This document shows positions 9,355 to 19,464 of a DNA stretch of 64,000 nucleotides, in pieces. Made by a program: the position numbers and the translations under genes. The stretch is from IMG/VR virus record IMGVR_UViG_3300029286_000013; one strand, given 5' to 3'. Numbering within the stretch: the first letter of the stretch is position 1; each line of letters starts with the position of its first letter. Below the pieces are notes generated by a model. That model worked only from the letters and a program-made list of their open reading frames with translations, ran no database searches and was not told the DNA's origin. Source of the DNA: a virus.

Positions 9355-9870
9355 TTATAATGCAATTTTACCTACTGCATTTATAACTGCGGCAATCTTA
9401 CCGACTGCTTGTAGTTGCTGTACAGTCATTCCTTCATTCTTAAGAATGTCGTAATGTGACTTAACACAATGATTACATTTACCAACAATACTAGCACATA
9501 GTGCATACATCTCAAACTTTAGTTTTGAAACTCCACCGTGTGTGGCATATGCTTGCATACGTAATCCTGGGGGTAATCCTTTAAGGTTAGCATCACCTGT
9601 CATATCAACGAATGGATAATAAACGTTGTTCATACCCATCAATGCGGCCGCGGTCTTTGCGGCTTCACGTTCAGGGGTGCCCATAAGAGGGCCGTTCATC
9701 CCAATCTCAAGTGCTAATTCACCATTACCTGCACTAATCGCAGCCGCTAATGCACAGGCGTGTGCATCAACTTCATCTAGACCACTGCGATTAATGACCG
9801 CATCTAAGTTTAACTTAATATCCTTAGCGTGGTCTGGAATAGATTCCTTAACCTGGTCTACCCAACTCAT
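9355..9870 (-). CDS. ahpD: Alkyl hydroperoxide reductase AhpD
   Basis: AKDIKLNL, MNNVYY, GKCNHCVKSH (CxxC); directly follows ahpC. Confidence 0.92.
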   Translation of the reverse strand: MSWVDQVKESIPDHAKDIKLNLDAVINRSGLDEVDAHACALAAAISAGNGELALEIGMNGPLMGTPEREAAKTAAALMGMNNVYYPFVDMTGDANLKGLPPGLRMQAYATHGGVSKLKFEMYALCASIVGKCNHCVKSHYDILKNEGMTVQQLQAVGKIAAVINAVGKIAL

Positions 9871-10427
9871 AGTGTTGCACCACCAATAGCACGATTACAT
9901 GGGCATAGTTCGCCAGTTTGCAATGCGTCAAGAACACGCAATGTTTCTTCTGGGTTACGACCAACATCTAAGTTGTTAACAGTAATGTGTTGAATAACGT
10001 TTTGTGGGTCAACAATGAATGTTGCACGTAATGCCGCACCTGCTGGGGCATAGAATACTCCCAACTGTTCAATTAGACTTACGCTACCACGTTCTTCACC
10101 TGACTGATGACGAGCGGTATCAGCAAACTGATGATGTGTAATCTTACGCAAATCATCGTGACTTTTTTGCCAAGCTACTTTGCAGAACTCATTGTCTGTT
10201 GAACCTGTTAGTAATACTGCATCACGATCAGCAAAGTCTTGTGTCAACTTATCATATGCTACAATCTCGGTTGGACATACAAATGTAAAGTCCTTAGGGT
10301 AGTAAACAATAATTTTCCACTTACCTTCAAATGATTTTTCTGTGATTGTATAGAATGCATCTTCTGGTTGTCCTGGGCGAACACCTGTTATTACGAATGC
10401 TGTTAATTTATCTCCGACTGTTTTCAT
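9867..10427 (-). CDS. ahpC: Peroxiredoxin AhpC
   Basis: YPKDFTFVCPTEI peroxidatic motif, GELCPCNR resolving Cys. Confidence 0.96.
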   Translation of the reverse strand: MKTVGDKLTAFVITGVRPGQPEDAFYTITEKSFEGKWKIIVYYPKDFTFVCPTEIVAYDKLTQDFADRDAVLLTGSTDNEFCKVAWQKSHDDLRKITHHQFADTARHQSGEERGSVSLIEQLGVFYAPAGAALRATFIVDPQNVIQHITVNNLDVGRNPEETLRVLDALQTGELCPCNRAIGGATL

Positions 10428-10452
10428 AATTTTTCCTTGTGTGTAATAGTCT

Positions 10453-10490
10453 CTGTGAGTATATCATACTCTATGTTATTTATTCAACGA
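10453..10490 (-). promoter_or_regulatory. ahpCD promoter region (sigma70-like TTGAAT-N18-TATACT with nested ATAAATA)
   Basis: Read from the minus strand. Confidence 0.4.
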
Positions 10491-10500
10491 AACGGGTAGC

Positions 10501-10803
10501 TTAATCTTCAAATGAGCTTAAACCATTACTGTGTTTATCAGATACCTTTTCAGTATCCTGGTACAATCGTTTCTCTTGTGCAGTTAATGTATCTTTATGA
10601 GTTCTACGAGGATTACCGCATAAAGGACATTGTGGATTGCCACAATCCATAGCATGATGTTTTGCTAATCTATGCGGTTCTTTAATTGCTTTGTCTTTAT
10701 TTGTTAAACCATGTTGTTTAGCAATACGAACTTGTCTTGCAATTGCTACATCATTTTTATGACGGCGATGGCTATTTATGTATTTTGCGATTTCATTGCT
10801 CAT
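10501..10803 (-). CDS. Basic hypothetical protein with Cys/His cluster
   Basis: HHAMDCGNPQCPLCGNPRR; Arg/Lys-rich. Confidence 0.6.
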   Translation of the reverse strand: MSNEIAKYINSHRRHKNDVAIARQVRIAKQHGLTNKDKAIKEPHRLAKHHAMDCGNPQCPLCGNPRRTHKDTLTAQEKRLYQDTEKVSDKHSNGLSSFED

Positions 10804-10812
10804 GATAATATT

Positions 10813-11451
10813 CTATCGTATATCTTTAAATTTGTCAATACAATACTGAGTTTTATTTCTCCATTGTATCAATATTTCTTTCGAAAACTGTTCCATATTT
10901 ATATGTGTAAACATACTTATTTTGGTTATCAATTCTTCAATATTTCCCTTAAATAATTCTTTCCAAGAAATATCTAGTAGAGATTCTGTGCTTTGAATCG
11001 CACTAAAATATATATGATGATTACGTATGTTAGTAGCGTATGATTCTTTGGTATATTCTAACGATGTTGTTGCACAATCAATTATCCATTTTCCATAATA
11101 TACATTGGCTATTTCTTCTGCATCGTCTAGGTCATATACTATTCTTATAGATTTTTTAAAAGTATTATTAATTAAATTAATATCTTTCATATGGCAGGTT
11201 ACATAGCCTGGTTTTTCTATATAGGGGTTAGGTAATTGAGATAACAAATGGTCAATCTTATCCTGATCAGGCCAATCAAATCCTTTAGCGTAGGGTTCTA
11301 AATCCTTCATACCTTTATGTGAGTTCCCGTGTTCACTAAGATTTAATACATTTTTTATATTTCTCTTGGCACTTACTATAAAATGGCATAAAAAATGTCC
11401 GCCGGTTCCTCCCATATAAGTTATAGGTATTATATCCTCAGTGGGCAACAT
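10813..11451 (-). CDS. Hypothetical protein, possibly P-loop/sulfotransferase-like
   Basis: ITYMGGTGGHFL near the N-terminus; ISWKELF near the C-terminus. Confidence 0.4.
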   Translation of the reverse strand: MLPTEDIIPITYMGGTGGHFLCHFIVSAKRNIKNVLNLSEHGNSHKGMKDLEPYAKGFDWPDQDKIDHLLSQLPNPYIEKPGYVTCHMKDINLINNTFKKSIRIVYDLDDAEEIANVYYGKWIIDCATTSLEYTKESYATNIRNHHIYFSAIQSTESLLDISWKELFKGNIEELITKISMFTHINMEQFSKEILIQWRNKTQYCIDKFKDIR

Positions 11452-11827
11452 GTCTCTGTTTATAATCGTTTACTGCGGCTTTGATGGCGTCTTCCGCAAG
11501 GATTGAGCAATGGATTTTGACTGGGGGGAGTGCAAGTTCCTCTGCGATTTGAGAGTTTCTGAGTTCGGCAGCTTGGTCAAGTGTTTTCCCTTTGACCCAT
11601 TCAGTGACAAGACTTGAGCTAGCAATAGCCGACCCGCACCCATACGTTTTAAATTTGGCATCTGTGATTAATCCTGTTAGTTTATCTACTTTAATTTGTA
11701 ATTTCATTACGTCCCCGCAAGCCGGGGCTCCTACCATACCCGTACCTACATCGTCATCATCTTTTGCAAAACTACCGACGTTTCTTGGGTTTTCATAGTG
11801 GTCTACTACTTTTGCGCTATAAGCCAT
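11438..11827 (-). CDS. iscU: Fe-S cluster scaffold IscU
   Basis: DHYENPRNVG, GAPACGDVM, FKTYGCGSAIASSS, LPPVKIHCS. Confidence 0.97.
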   Translation of the reverse strand: MAYSAKVVDHYENPRNVGSFAKDDDDVGTGMVGAPACGDVMKLQIKVDKLTGLITDAKFKTYGCGSAIASSSLVTEWVKGKTLDQAAELRNSQIAEELALPPVKIHCSILAEDAIKAAVNDYKQRHVAH

Positions 11828-11849
11828 GTGTTAGTCTCCTGTATTGTAT

Positions 11850-12413
11850 TTAGCGTTCTTCGTTGTCATCAATTACTATCCAACCTAATTTCAATAAATC
11901 TTCTCGTATTTCATCAGTTGCACAGCTTTCTGGAACAAACTTTTTACCTTGTATATATGACTCTTGTTGTTCTTTAGTTAGTGCTCGGAACTCATCATCA
12001 TCTAGTACCTTACTATCTCTTATACCACTACAGTACCAATCAATGTAGTCTCCTTTTTCTTGCATGTCAGCAACGATGCCACCTGCATGTCTCCAACTAC
12101 AACTCCATCGCTTTTCAGTTAGTATAGGCCATACATCATTTTTAGTAAAATCATTGTTACACATTGCGGCATATAGATTCTGTGCATAAACCTCACTTGA
12201 TTTTACTTTATCGATAATCCATTGAGTACTACGTAAATCATACTCCATGTTATCTTTTTGCCATAATGGATCTACAACATTAGCTTCATCCTGTTCACGC
12301 CAAGTTTTAAACATGTCTAAATATTCAGGGGCAGGTAACTTGCCAGCCTCTTCTTGACGTTTGACATAGTTTTCTAATTGAAATGTATTTCTATCTGGGC
12401 TACTACTTATCAT
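11850..12413 (-). CDS. Hypothetical phage protein
   Basis: Intact ORF in operon (YAQNLYAAMCNN, SWRHAGGIVAD, YIDWYCSG). Confidence 0.7.
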   Translation of the reverse strand: MISSSPDRNTFQLENYVKRQEEAGKLPAPEYLDMFKTWREQDEANVVDPLWQKDNMEYDLRSTQWIIDKVKSSEVYAQNLYAAMCNNDFTKNDVWPILTEKRWSCSWRHAGGIVADMQEKGDYIDWYCSGIRDSKVLDDDEFRALTKEQQESYIQGKKFVPESCATDEIREDLLKLGWIVIDDNEER

Positions 12414-12879
12414 CTTCTACCTCTATCCAAGTGTGATCGCCTAACCATTTAACTTTGCAAATGTATTCATATTCTTCTGGAGCACTACTAGACCAATCGT
12501 TAGGTCCATTAATACTCAACCTAGTAAATTGTTTGCGTGTATCAAACAATAACCAATATATGTTGCCATTCGATAATTGAAAATCATATTTAGCGGCGTG
12601 TACCATATCAGTTAAGTCAAGTCTATGCTTAATCTGTTCTGCTTGCTTCTGTAATACAGTTACTAGTTCCATTATTCTATCATATTCTTGCTTGGCATGC
12701 AATCTTGCAACGTTCAGCATAATATCTTTATGCTTCTCTACTGGAACTAAATCAAATTTAGGTCCACTACTTTCTGTAGCATATGGTGTTACATTACGAT
12801 TAAAGAAATGAATCAATGAACCGGAACTAGTAGAATCATAACTACTAACACCGTTTGCTGAATTTGGTTTATCACTCAT
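12403..12879 (-). CDS. Hypothetical protein, DUF2452-like
   Basis: PYAT..SGPKF, coiled coil, then GNIYWL...LSI.GPNDW...DHTW. Confidence 0.5.
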   Translation of the reverse strand: MSDKPNSANGVSSYDSTSSGSLIHFFNRNVTPYATESSGPKFDLVPVEKHKDIMLNVARLHAKQEYDRIMELVTVLQKQAEQIKHRLDLTDMVHAAKYDFQLSNGNIYWLLFDTRKQFTRLSINGPNDWSSSAPEEYEYICKVKWLGDHTWIEVEDDK

Positions 12880-12885
12880 TAGACA

Positions 12886-13485
12886 TTATATATCATTTTC
12901 TGATTTAGTAACAGTGTTTTGGGTATTTTTTGGTTTCTTATGTTTACTATAAAAGATATGATTACCAATCTTTGCCACTTGTTTGTAAGGCCATAATGGG
13001 TCAACAGTTAAATTATGAAAGAATAACGCTGAATTAGGTAGAACATCGTTGTAAGCATCATTAGCCATAACTTCATACGCTACTTGTTGTGCTTGTTTGT
13101 ATCGTTGACTATTTGTGTTTGGTTCACCTTTACCTTCACAAACCCAACTAAACTGACATAGTTTAACTTTTGTAAGTTCATCGTCTATTATTTTTTCTAC
13201 TATATGTGATTGATATACAACTGCACAGGGAGTTTTAGCAAAACCATGATTAACACGATTTATTACTACTCTGGCCACGGCAGCTTGACCTAATATAGAT
13301 TCACTGCCTGCTTCATAGAATATATTTTTTGCCATACAAGCAAGTTGTTTAGGATCTACCACTTTAGCAACAACAACTTCTTCCGGTTCTTCTTGTGCAG
13401 TAAACAGGTCTATAGTATCAGCAGTAATATATACACCTATAATTACAATGAAGGCAATAATAGATTTAAGAAAATTTAATTTCAT
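12886..13485 (-). CDS. Cell wall hydrolase, SleB/Hydrolase_2 family
   Basis: CMAKNIFYEAGSE, AVARVVINRV, CQFSW, IGNHIFY; N-terminal membrane anchor. Confidence 0.9.
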   Translation of the reverse strand: MKLNFLKSIIAFIVIIGVYITADTIDLFTAQEEPEEVVVAKVVDPKQLACMAKNIFYEAGSESILGQAAVARVVINRVNHGFAKTPCAVVYQSHIVEKIIDDELTKVKLCQFSWVCEGKGEPNTNSQRYKQAQQVAYEVMANDAYNDVLPNSALFFHNLTVDPLWPYKQVAKIGNHIFYSKHKKPKNTQNTVTKSENDI

Positions 13486-13496
13486 AATTTATCCTG

Positions 13497-14930
13497 TTAA
13501 ATTAAATCCCAGCAGTCACAATTACAACGAATTACATCGTCAATTGCTTCTGCTATGGTGTATGTTGATGGTAATAAATTATTTGATGTATATAATACAT
13601 TCAAGTTAGATGGAATAAGGTTAGTATACAATGAGCCAGCAAATGAGCCAGCTACTTCAGAATTTCCTGTATCTACCACTGGTGCTAATGTAGATCCACT
13701 AAAGTTTGGATTAGTAACGTAATAGTTATTATCATTTGGATCATAAAATCCATACGGTGATGGATTAATCTCGTCACCGGTATCACAATTAACTTGACCC
13801 AATTTTGCAGGGGCTGAGTTAGCTACTGACCCGTTAGCTACTAACTCTTTATTTTGCACCGGAGTAATAGTATCATTGATATTATTATCTAACGGTACAC
13901 CTATTGTATTTAATCTAGCTTGATTCCGTGCTTCACGCATCATACCTACAATGCTTTGCCCGCCGGGTGTACATATATTAGCGATTGCTTCGATAGTTTG
14001 AGCTTGCATATGCGGATCAGTGTTCAATGCAAACTGTGGTATGGAATCAGTAAATGATATTTGCGTTGTGGGGAACTGTGCAAGATCGGGAACAATATCT
14101 TCCGTAGCAGGTGGAACAGGTACGGGTAAGCCTGTATCTAATGCACGTTGCTCAATCGTTAATTGAGTGCCGGTATAATTCCAATTAGTATTCAGTTGTT
14201 CTGCTAACAATGGTTTGGTAGTTTGTATAGACAATATTTCTGCATTGGCATCATCTATATACCCTTGAATGATACTGTTAGAGAATAACCCTGTACCCGG
14301 CGGCGGGGCAATGACTACGGTGTCAGCAGGACCTGTATAGCTTATTGATATTATTCTACCAAAAGTAGTTATGTTAGTGGTGTCAGTGCCTATTATAGCA
14401 ATTGCTGGATTACCACCTACGGTGACAGCAGGAGCTGATGCACCTTCACGACCATAGCCGCCGCCCCGATCAGTGTATGTAAATGAAGTTCCATTCCAAG
14501 TTGCAGTAGCCTGTTCCCAAGTGACTGCCAAATATAATTGTTTGTAGATATTATACAGAGTAGGTGTTTCTAATGCCTGAATCAATCCTTGAATATCAAT
14601 ACCAATGTAGGGTAGTCCAGTCATACAACCAAAGAAGTCACTCATCGTGTATGTACCATATGGCCCGCTTCCCAATGCGATTAATGGTAATGATCCACTT
14701 ACTAGTGTAGTATCTACTGGAACATTAGTTCCATTTACCGGTAATCCCGCAATCGTTTCAATATTAGTTACAACTTGTGCAAACTTTTCTACTGGCACAG
14801 TAGTAATGTTTTTAATTTGACCGACTGATACACCAAACGCGCCAGCCGCAGTTGCTACGTCAGGTGGTAGTATACCAGCTAAATATGATCCGAACCCTAC
14901 AGGAAATTGTTGTATTATTGTATCTGCCAT
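13497..14930 (-). CDS. Hypothetical, probably virion protein
   Basis: Acidic, Thr/Gly/Pro-rich; downstream of PAAR; C-terminal CNCDCW. Confidence 0.5.
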   Translation of the reverse strand: MADTIIQQFPVGFGSYLAGILPPDVATAAGAFGVSVGQIKNITTVPVEKFAQVVTNIETIAGLPVNGTNVPVDTTLVSGSLPLIALGSGPYGTYTMSDFFGCMTGLPYIGIDIQGLIQALETPTLYNIYKQLYLAVTWEQATATWNGTSFTYTDRGGGYGREGASAPAVTVGGNPAIAIIGTDTTNITTFGRIISISYTGPADTVVIAPPPGTGLFSNSIIQGYIDDANAEILSIQTTKPLLAEQLNTNWNYTGTQLTIEQRALDTGLPVPVPPATEDIVPDLAQFPTTQISFTDSIPQFALNTDPHMQAQTIEAIANICTPGGQSIVGMMREARNQARLNTIGVPLDNNINDTITPVQNKELVANGSVANSAPAKLGQVNCDTGDEINPSPYGFYDPNDNNYYVTNPNFSGSTLAPVVDTGNSEVAGSFAGSLYTNLIPSNLNVLYTSNNLLPSTYTIAEAIDDVIRCNCDCWDLI

Positions 14931-14931
14931 A

Positions 14932-16164
14932 TTACCTCACTGCATTGTCAAATGTATCATATACTTTGCCACTGTTACCAGTACTGGTTGTAGTCGTAAG
15001 GGTTGGTTCATTAGTAACAGTAGTAGTTTGATTTAAGTTTTCTGAAATTTGAGGAGCACCAGTTGGTGTTTGTGTTCCAATCTGATTTGCTACTTGAGGG
15101 CTATTTAAATTACCATTCACACCGCCACCACTGTATATAGGATAGTATGTTTTACTATTAGTTGGCGTTTGTGTAGTATTATACACTGGAACCGTCAATG
15201 ATTGATAGCTATTAGGGAATAACTTTTTAGGATTCAATAAATCAGCCAGTGAATCTAATCCTGCCGTTTTACAGTTTAATGGAATCAATACTTCAGCAAG
15301 ACCATCACCTACAATAAGATTAAAGGCTCCGTATATGTTTCGTTCTTGTTCTGTTGTTGCAGTAATAGTATTGTCTAGTATTTGACTTAATTCACTTTGT
15401 TGCATACCTGATGCTAATAATGCTAAACTTACATTTTGAGTGAGGGCATTATTTTGTACCAATGTTAATAGTAAATTAGAAGGTAATCCAAATGTAGATA
15501 TAGTTGATAAATTAATTGCGTTGCCACTGGTAATTAAATCACGACCAAATGTGGTCGTTGCTAAACTTACGCCGGAAATATCAGCACTAATCAAATCATT
15601 CATATTGCTATATGTGCCATCTAAGAATTCTTGTGAATTCGTCATAGACATAATAGCTTTATTAGTATAATCTACAAAACTACTTGCCGCTTGAAAAGCT
15701 GACAAGTAATCTTTATATTCAGGTAGACCGTCATTGTAATTGAATTCGTTATAACCTTGTAACGCAAACAATCTTACATAGCCCCAACGTGTTACTTCAT
15801 TTGTATGAGTATAGTTACTAGCCCAATTAGGATAACCAGTCCAATTAAATGTCGGAGCTTTACTATTACCTAATGCAGGTATACTAGCAGAACCAATTGA
15901 TATTAAGTTATCATACGTAGAGTCAGAAACCGTTTTAGTAGGTCCCGATACGGCTACACCCCTCACGTAAGCATCATTGATAGCATATGTAAGTAATCGT
16001 AAGCAAGTATCATTTACTATACTACCTAGATTAGTAGCAGATGATTCACTGATACTAACACCAGTGAAGTCAACCATAATAGGATTAATATTAAACCCAA
16101 TGTTTTGCAACAATGAACTTAATGTGTTAACTCCTAATGGACTTTGTTTTCCTGTATCGCTCAT
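14932..16164 (-). CDS. Hypothetical, probably virion protein
   Basis: ATGA overlap with the PAAR gene; Ser/Thr/Asn-rich. Confidence 0.5.
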   Translation of the reverse strand: MSDTGKQSPLGVNTLSSLLQNIGFNINPIMVDFTGVSISESSATNLGSIVNDTCLRLLTYAINDAYVRGVAVSGPTKTVSDSTYDNLISIGSASIPALGNSKAPTFNWTGYPNWASNYTHTNEVTRWGYVRLFALQGYNEFNYNDGLPEYKDYLSAFQAASSFVDYTNKAIMSMTNSQEFLDGTYSNMNDLISADISGVSLATTTFGRDLITSGNAINLSTISTFGLPSNLLLTLVQNNALTQNVSLALLASGMQQSELSQILDNTITATTEQERNIYGAFNLIVGDGLAEVLIPLNCKTAGLDSLADLLNPKKLFPNSYQSLTVPVYNTTQTPTNSKTYYPIYSGGGVNGNLNSPQVANQIGTQTPTGAPQISENLNQTTTVTNEPTLTTTTSTGNSGKVYDTFDNAVR

Positions 16165-16445
16165 GGAACAAACACATCAGGACTACCATCAACGATACTA
16201 TGACCGCAACTGTTTCCTGACCCTACTCTAAGTACCGCACTACCTTCAGCAAACACTGTTGGACTAGCACTTGTTGTGGTTGCGGCTTTGTGAGGTGGAT
16301 GACCTTTTTTACTCCACGGTGCGTGTGGAGTAATCGTACTAACGTGTAGACCAACTTGGATTCCGTTGGCAAAGACAGTACCGGCACCTCTTACGATAGC
16401 ACCGCCCTCTTGATTCTTGTCACCTACACGACTTAGTTTTGCCAT
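16161..16445 (-). CDS. PAAR-repeat spike tip protein (T4 gp5.4-like)
   Basis: RVGD...TVFANG, PH...H, TVFAEG...RVG...CGH.I..GSPDVFV. Confidence 0.88.
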   Translation of the reverse strand: MAKLSRVGDKNQEGGAIVRGAGTVFANGIQVGLHVSTITPHAPWSKKGHPPHKAATTTSASPTVFAEGSAVLRVGSGNSCGHSIVDGSPDVFVP

Positions 16446-16446
16446 T

Positions 16447-16752
16447 TTATCCTAATACAATTTTCTTATCTGGTATTTTGATACCAGTTGTTGCTTCTAT
16501 ATATTTCATTTTGATACTGTCATCAGTTTCAGCATAAAGAGCAATGCTATTAGTATTTAGCTTAAATTCACCCTTCGGATTTGCAGTAAATACGCTAGGA
16601 ATCATTTGCATACCCTGTTGTGTGGGGGCAATTGATACTGGTTCTTCAATTGTAATAAACTCTCCACCTGTTTGAGTTACTTTTGCAATAAGTTCTTCTC
16701 CTGAGTTAAGTTTCAATGTATATACTGTATTTGGTGTTATTGATATTTGCAT
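16447..16752 (-). CDS. Conserved T4-like hypothetical protein, Sm-like fold suspected
   Basis: TLKLNSGEELIAKV...Y.EATTGI pattern. Confidence 0.55.
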   Translation of the reverse strand: MQISITPNTVYTLKLNSGEELIAKVTQTGGEFITIEEPVSIAPTQQGMQMIPSVFTANPKGEFKLNTNSIALYAETDDSIKMKYIEATTGIKIPDKKIVLG

Positions 16753-16982
16753 TACGCAGCCTTTGTTAAAAATTGTTTAAGTTCATTAAATCCACCAATC
16801 AATTCACCGTCAATGATAATTTGTGGTACTGTTCGTGCTGATGGAATTTCTTCTAGTAGTTCTTCTTTTGTATAACCGTCTCCGATTTTCTTTTCTTCAA
16901 ACGGTATATCTCGTTGCCCCAATAATGCCTTTGCTTGGTCACAATAGGGACAATGATACTTACTCCATACGATTGCTGTCAT
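16752..16982 (-). CDS. Glutaredoxin (NrdC-like)
   Basis: CPYC, RTVPQI, IGGF; downstream of nrdAB. Confidence 0.93.
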   Translation of the reverse strand: MTAIVWSKYHCPYCDQAKALLGQRDIPFEEKKIGDGYTKEELLEEIPSARTVPQIIIDGELIGGFNELKQFLTKAA

Positions 16983-16995
16983 TTTATTTTCCTTT

Positions 16996-17715
16996 TTAAT
17001 GTCTTGTCCAATATTTGGCTTTTGGTGCAGTATGTCCTACTGTACTATCGTAATCTATTATCGTGTCTTTTGTAATGTTATACTTATCTGCACATTGCTG
17101 AAGTTTTTCAGGAATCCAATAATCTATTCCTAAAAAATACCAGTAATCATTGCTATGATTTGTAAACTCATGTAGGTCTTCTGCGTGAAAGGCAAACATC
17201 ATTCCCGGATTCAATGATATCTCATTGTTGTTTATTACAACTGATATATCAGGGGAACTTTGTTTAGATGCTGTAAATATATATCTAGTTACATTTGTCT
17301 GGTAAGGTAAATTATCTACGTGTGCTGAAATTTTACTTCCAGGTGGACAGTTCCATACAATCATTCTTCCAAACGGGCCAGTTTCTTTATTAAACTCTCT
17401 AGCCATTTCAAATAGTTCTAGTGACTTTGTAAACAATGGATTATATTCATAGCCATTCAATGCTAAATGTATTGTACTTTCTTCATATAAAATGTTAAAA
17501 TTTCTATTAACAAAATGTAATTTAACATCGTCAAATACACCCTTTGTTGTATTAGATGGATCTGTTGTTCTAACGCCATTTTCGTCTACACGCCAATTAT
17601 TAGCATAATGCCAATCTGGATCTAATTGTTTAGCCGTTTCAATTTCTTTAGAAATTGTTTCTGCCCATTCAGGAAATTGGTATACATTAAATATTGGGAA
17701 GTTCATCATATTCAA
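16996..17715 (-). CDS. Asp/Asn beta-hydroxylase-like Fe(II)/2OG oxygenase
   Basis: GRMIV..CPPGSKISAHVD...LHEFTNHS...LGID; start overlaps the nrdB 3' end, exact Met uncertain. Confidence 0.65.
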   Translation of the reverse strand: MNMMNFPIFNVYQFPEWAETISKEIETAKQLDPDWHYANNWRVDENGVRTTDPSNTTKGVFDDVKLHFVNRNFNILYEESTIHLALNGYEYNPLFTKSLELFEMAREFNKETGPFGRMIVWNCPPGSKISAHVDNLPYQTNVTRYIFTASKQSSPDISVVINNNEISLNPGMMFAFHAEDLHEFTNHSNDYWYFLGIDYWIPEKLQQCADKYNITKDTIIDYDSTVGHTAPKAKYWTRH

Positions 17716-18787
17716 TACTATCAGTCATTACACCAATTACATAATTAGTTGATTCATTTTCTTGTAATGCAGTTTGTTTCTTACTTGTATCAACGTGTTT
17801 GTTGAACCAAGGAATAGGAGTTGTTTTAGGTGCAGGACTATTATATCTAATACCAATTTCTTTTAATGCGGATACAGCCGTGTAATCAACAAAGTCTTTC
17901 AACACAGTTGCATTCAATCCAATAACTGGACCCATCTTAAACAAGTAGTCAGCCCATTCTTTTTCTTCACGTATCACATCCAAGTAAAGTTGATAGACCT
18001 CAGCTTCACATTCTTGTTTAATTGCGGCGAAGCGGCTGTCTTCTTTTACTACTTGATTAATAAGGTAGGCAGTCCAGCCTTTATGGAGAAGTTCATCTTG
18101 GAGAATTAAACTGATAATATTGCCATTACCAATAAAGATTTTGTTCTCAACCATTGCTAAACTTGTAGCGAATGATACCATAAAGCGGAATGCTTCCAAT
18201 GCGTAACTGGCGTGTAATGCCATATAAATTGCTTTAATGTGTTCTTTTTCGTTCACATCTTGACCTAACTCTTTGCGGCAATTAACTTTGTGTAGTTCGT
18301 CATAGTATCTACCGACACTACTTGCCATGTCTACAATTTCTTTTGTATCGTGTATAGTATTGAATACATCTTTAGGTACATTATAGATATTACGAATGAT
18401 GTGACTATAGCTACGACTATGAATATTAGTCTCAAAGAAACTCCAGTTGTATATCAATGCTTCTAGTTCTGGTAATGATACAACAGGTGTGAACACTTGG
18501 CTTGGAGCACGACCTTGTAAACTATCTAATGCAGTTTGACGTAATAGGTTACTAGTAAAGATATGCCTAACTGCATCACTTGCTTCTTTAAAGTCATTAG
18601 CATCTTTTGTTAATGATACTTCTTCTGGAACCCAGAAGAAACCACGGGCCGTTGTTTCAAAGTCTGCAATCTTTTTATATTTAACCTCTTCAAATCTTTG
18701 GATGGTTACGGGACCTTCCGGGTCCAAAAACATTTTTCTATTCAAATAATCTGTCTTTGTATTTAGGTTATATTGTGCGTGTGACAT
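17687..18787 (-). CDS. nrdB: Ribonucleotide reductase class Ia beta subunit
   Basis: FFWVPEEV, LDSLQGR, ETNIHSRSY (radical Tyr), LEAFRF, DELLH, QENESTNY. Confidence 0.97.
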   Translation of the reverse strand: MSHAQYNLNTKTDYLNRKMFLDPEGPVTIQRFEEVKYKKIADFETTARGFFWVPEEVSLTKDANDFKEASDAVRHIFTSNLLRQTALDSLQGRAPSQVFTPVVSLPELEALIYNWSFFETNIHSRSYSHIIRNIYNVPKDVFNTIHDTKEIVDMASSVGRYYDELHKVNCRKELGQDVNEKEHIKAIYMALHASYALEAFRFMVSFATSLAMVENKIFIGNGNIISLILQDELLHKGWTAYLINQVVKEDSRFAAIKQECEAEVYQLYLDVIREEKEWADYLFKMGPVIGLNATVLKDFVDYTAVSALKEIGIRYNSPAPKTTPIPWFNKHVDTSKKQTALQENESTNYVIGVMTDSIEYDELPNI

Positions 18788-19464
18788 TATGCTAATTCCT
18801 TCTGCTTTCGTTTATTTTCTTCTCTATTTCTTGCCGCTATTTTCATTTTTTCTTTTGTTTCCTCTGACATTTTTTTGCCCTTACGTGCGATTGACATTTT
18901 AGATTTTATTTCATCTGACATTTTTTTACCAGTCCATGGACTATTTGGCACACGTTTTTTTAGTTTTTCTCTTGTTTCTTCGCTAATCGGAGGTCTATTT
19001 TTTGCGACTTCAGCCATTTTCAATTTAGTTTCATCTGTAAAGGTTCTTCCCTTTTGAGACATAGACATTTTTGCTTTTGTTTCTTTTGTACGGGTTTGAC
19101 CAATCCTTTTAAGTGCTGCCAATTTTTGTAACTCTGGATTTTTTCTATTTGGATTGTTATCTCCGGACATAGATTCTGCATATTGTCTACGTAACCATCC
19201 ATAGGCTTTATTAGTTCTTTTACCATTATTAATCATTGAGCCAGTGGTCATATTCATTGTGGCATATAATAACTTTTGATTTTTTGGATATATTTTACAT
19301 AATAACAAGTGGGCAAGATAATGCTCCTCAGGATATAATTCAACTATGTTTTCTTTGTCATCTGTTCCACCCAAACAACGAGGGAGGATGTGATGTTTTT
19401 CAACATACCCAATTTTTTTGGTTTTGTTACTTATTAACCTAATATATATTGCTTGATAGTTCAT
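18787..19464 (-). mobile_element. mobE: Free-standing HNH homing endonuclease with NUMOD3 repeats (MobE-like)
   Basis: MNYQAIY...EKHHILPRCLGG.DDKEN...EEHYLAH, repeated ETK.KMS. Lies between nrdA and nrdB like T4 mobE, with TAATG overlaps at both ends. Confidence 0.85.
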
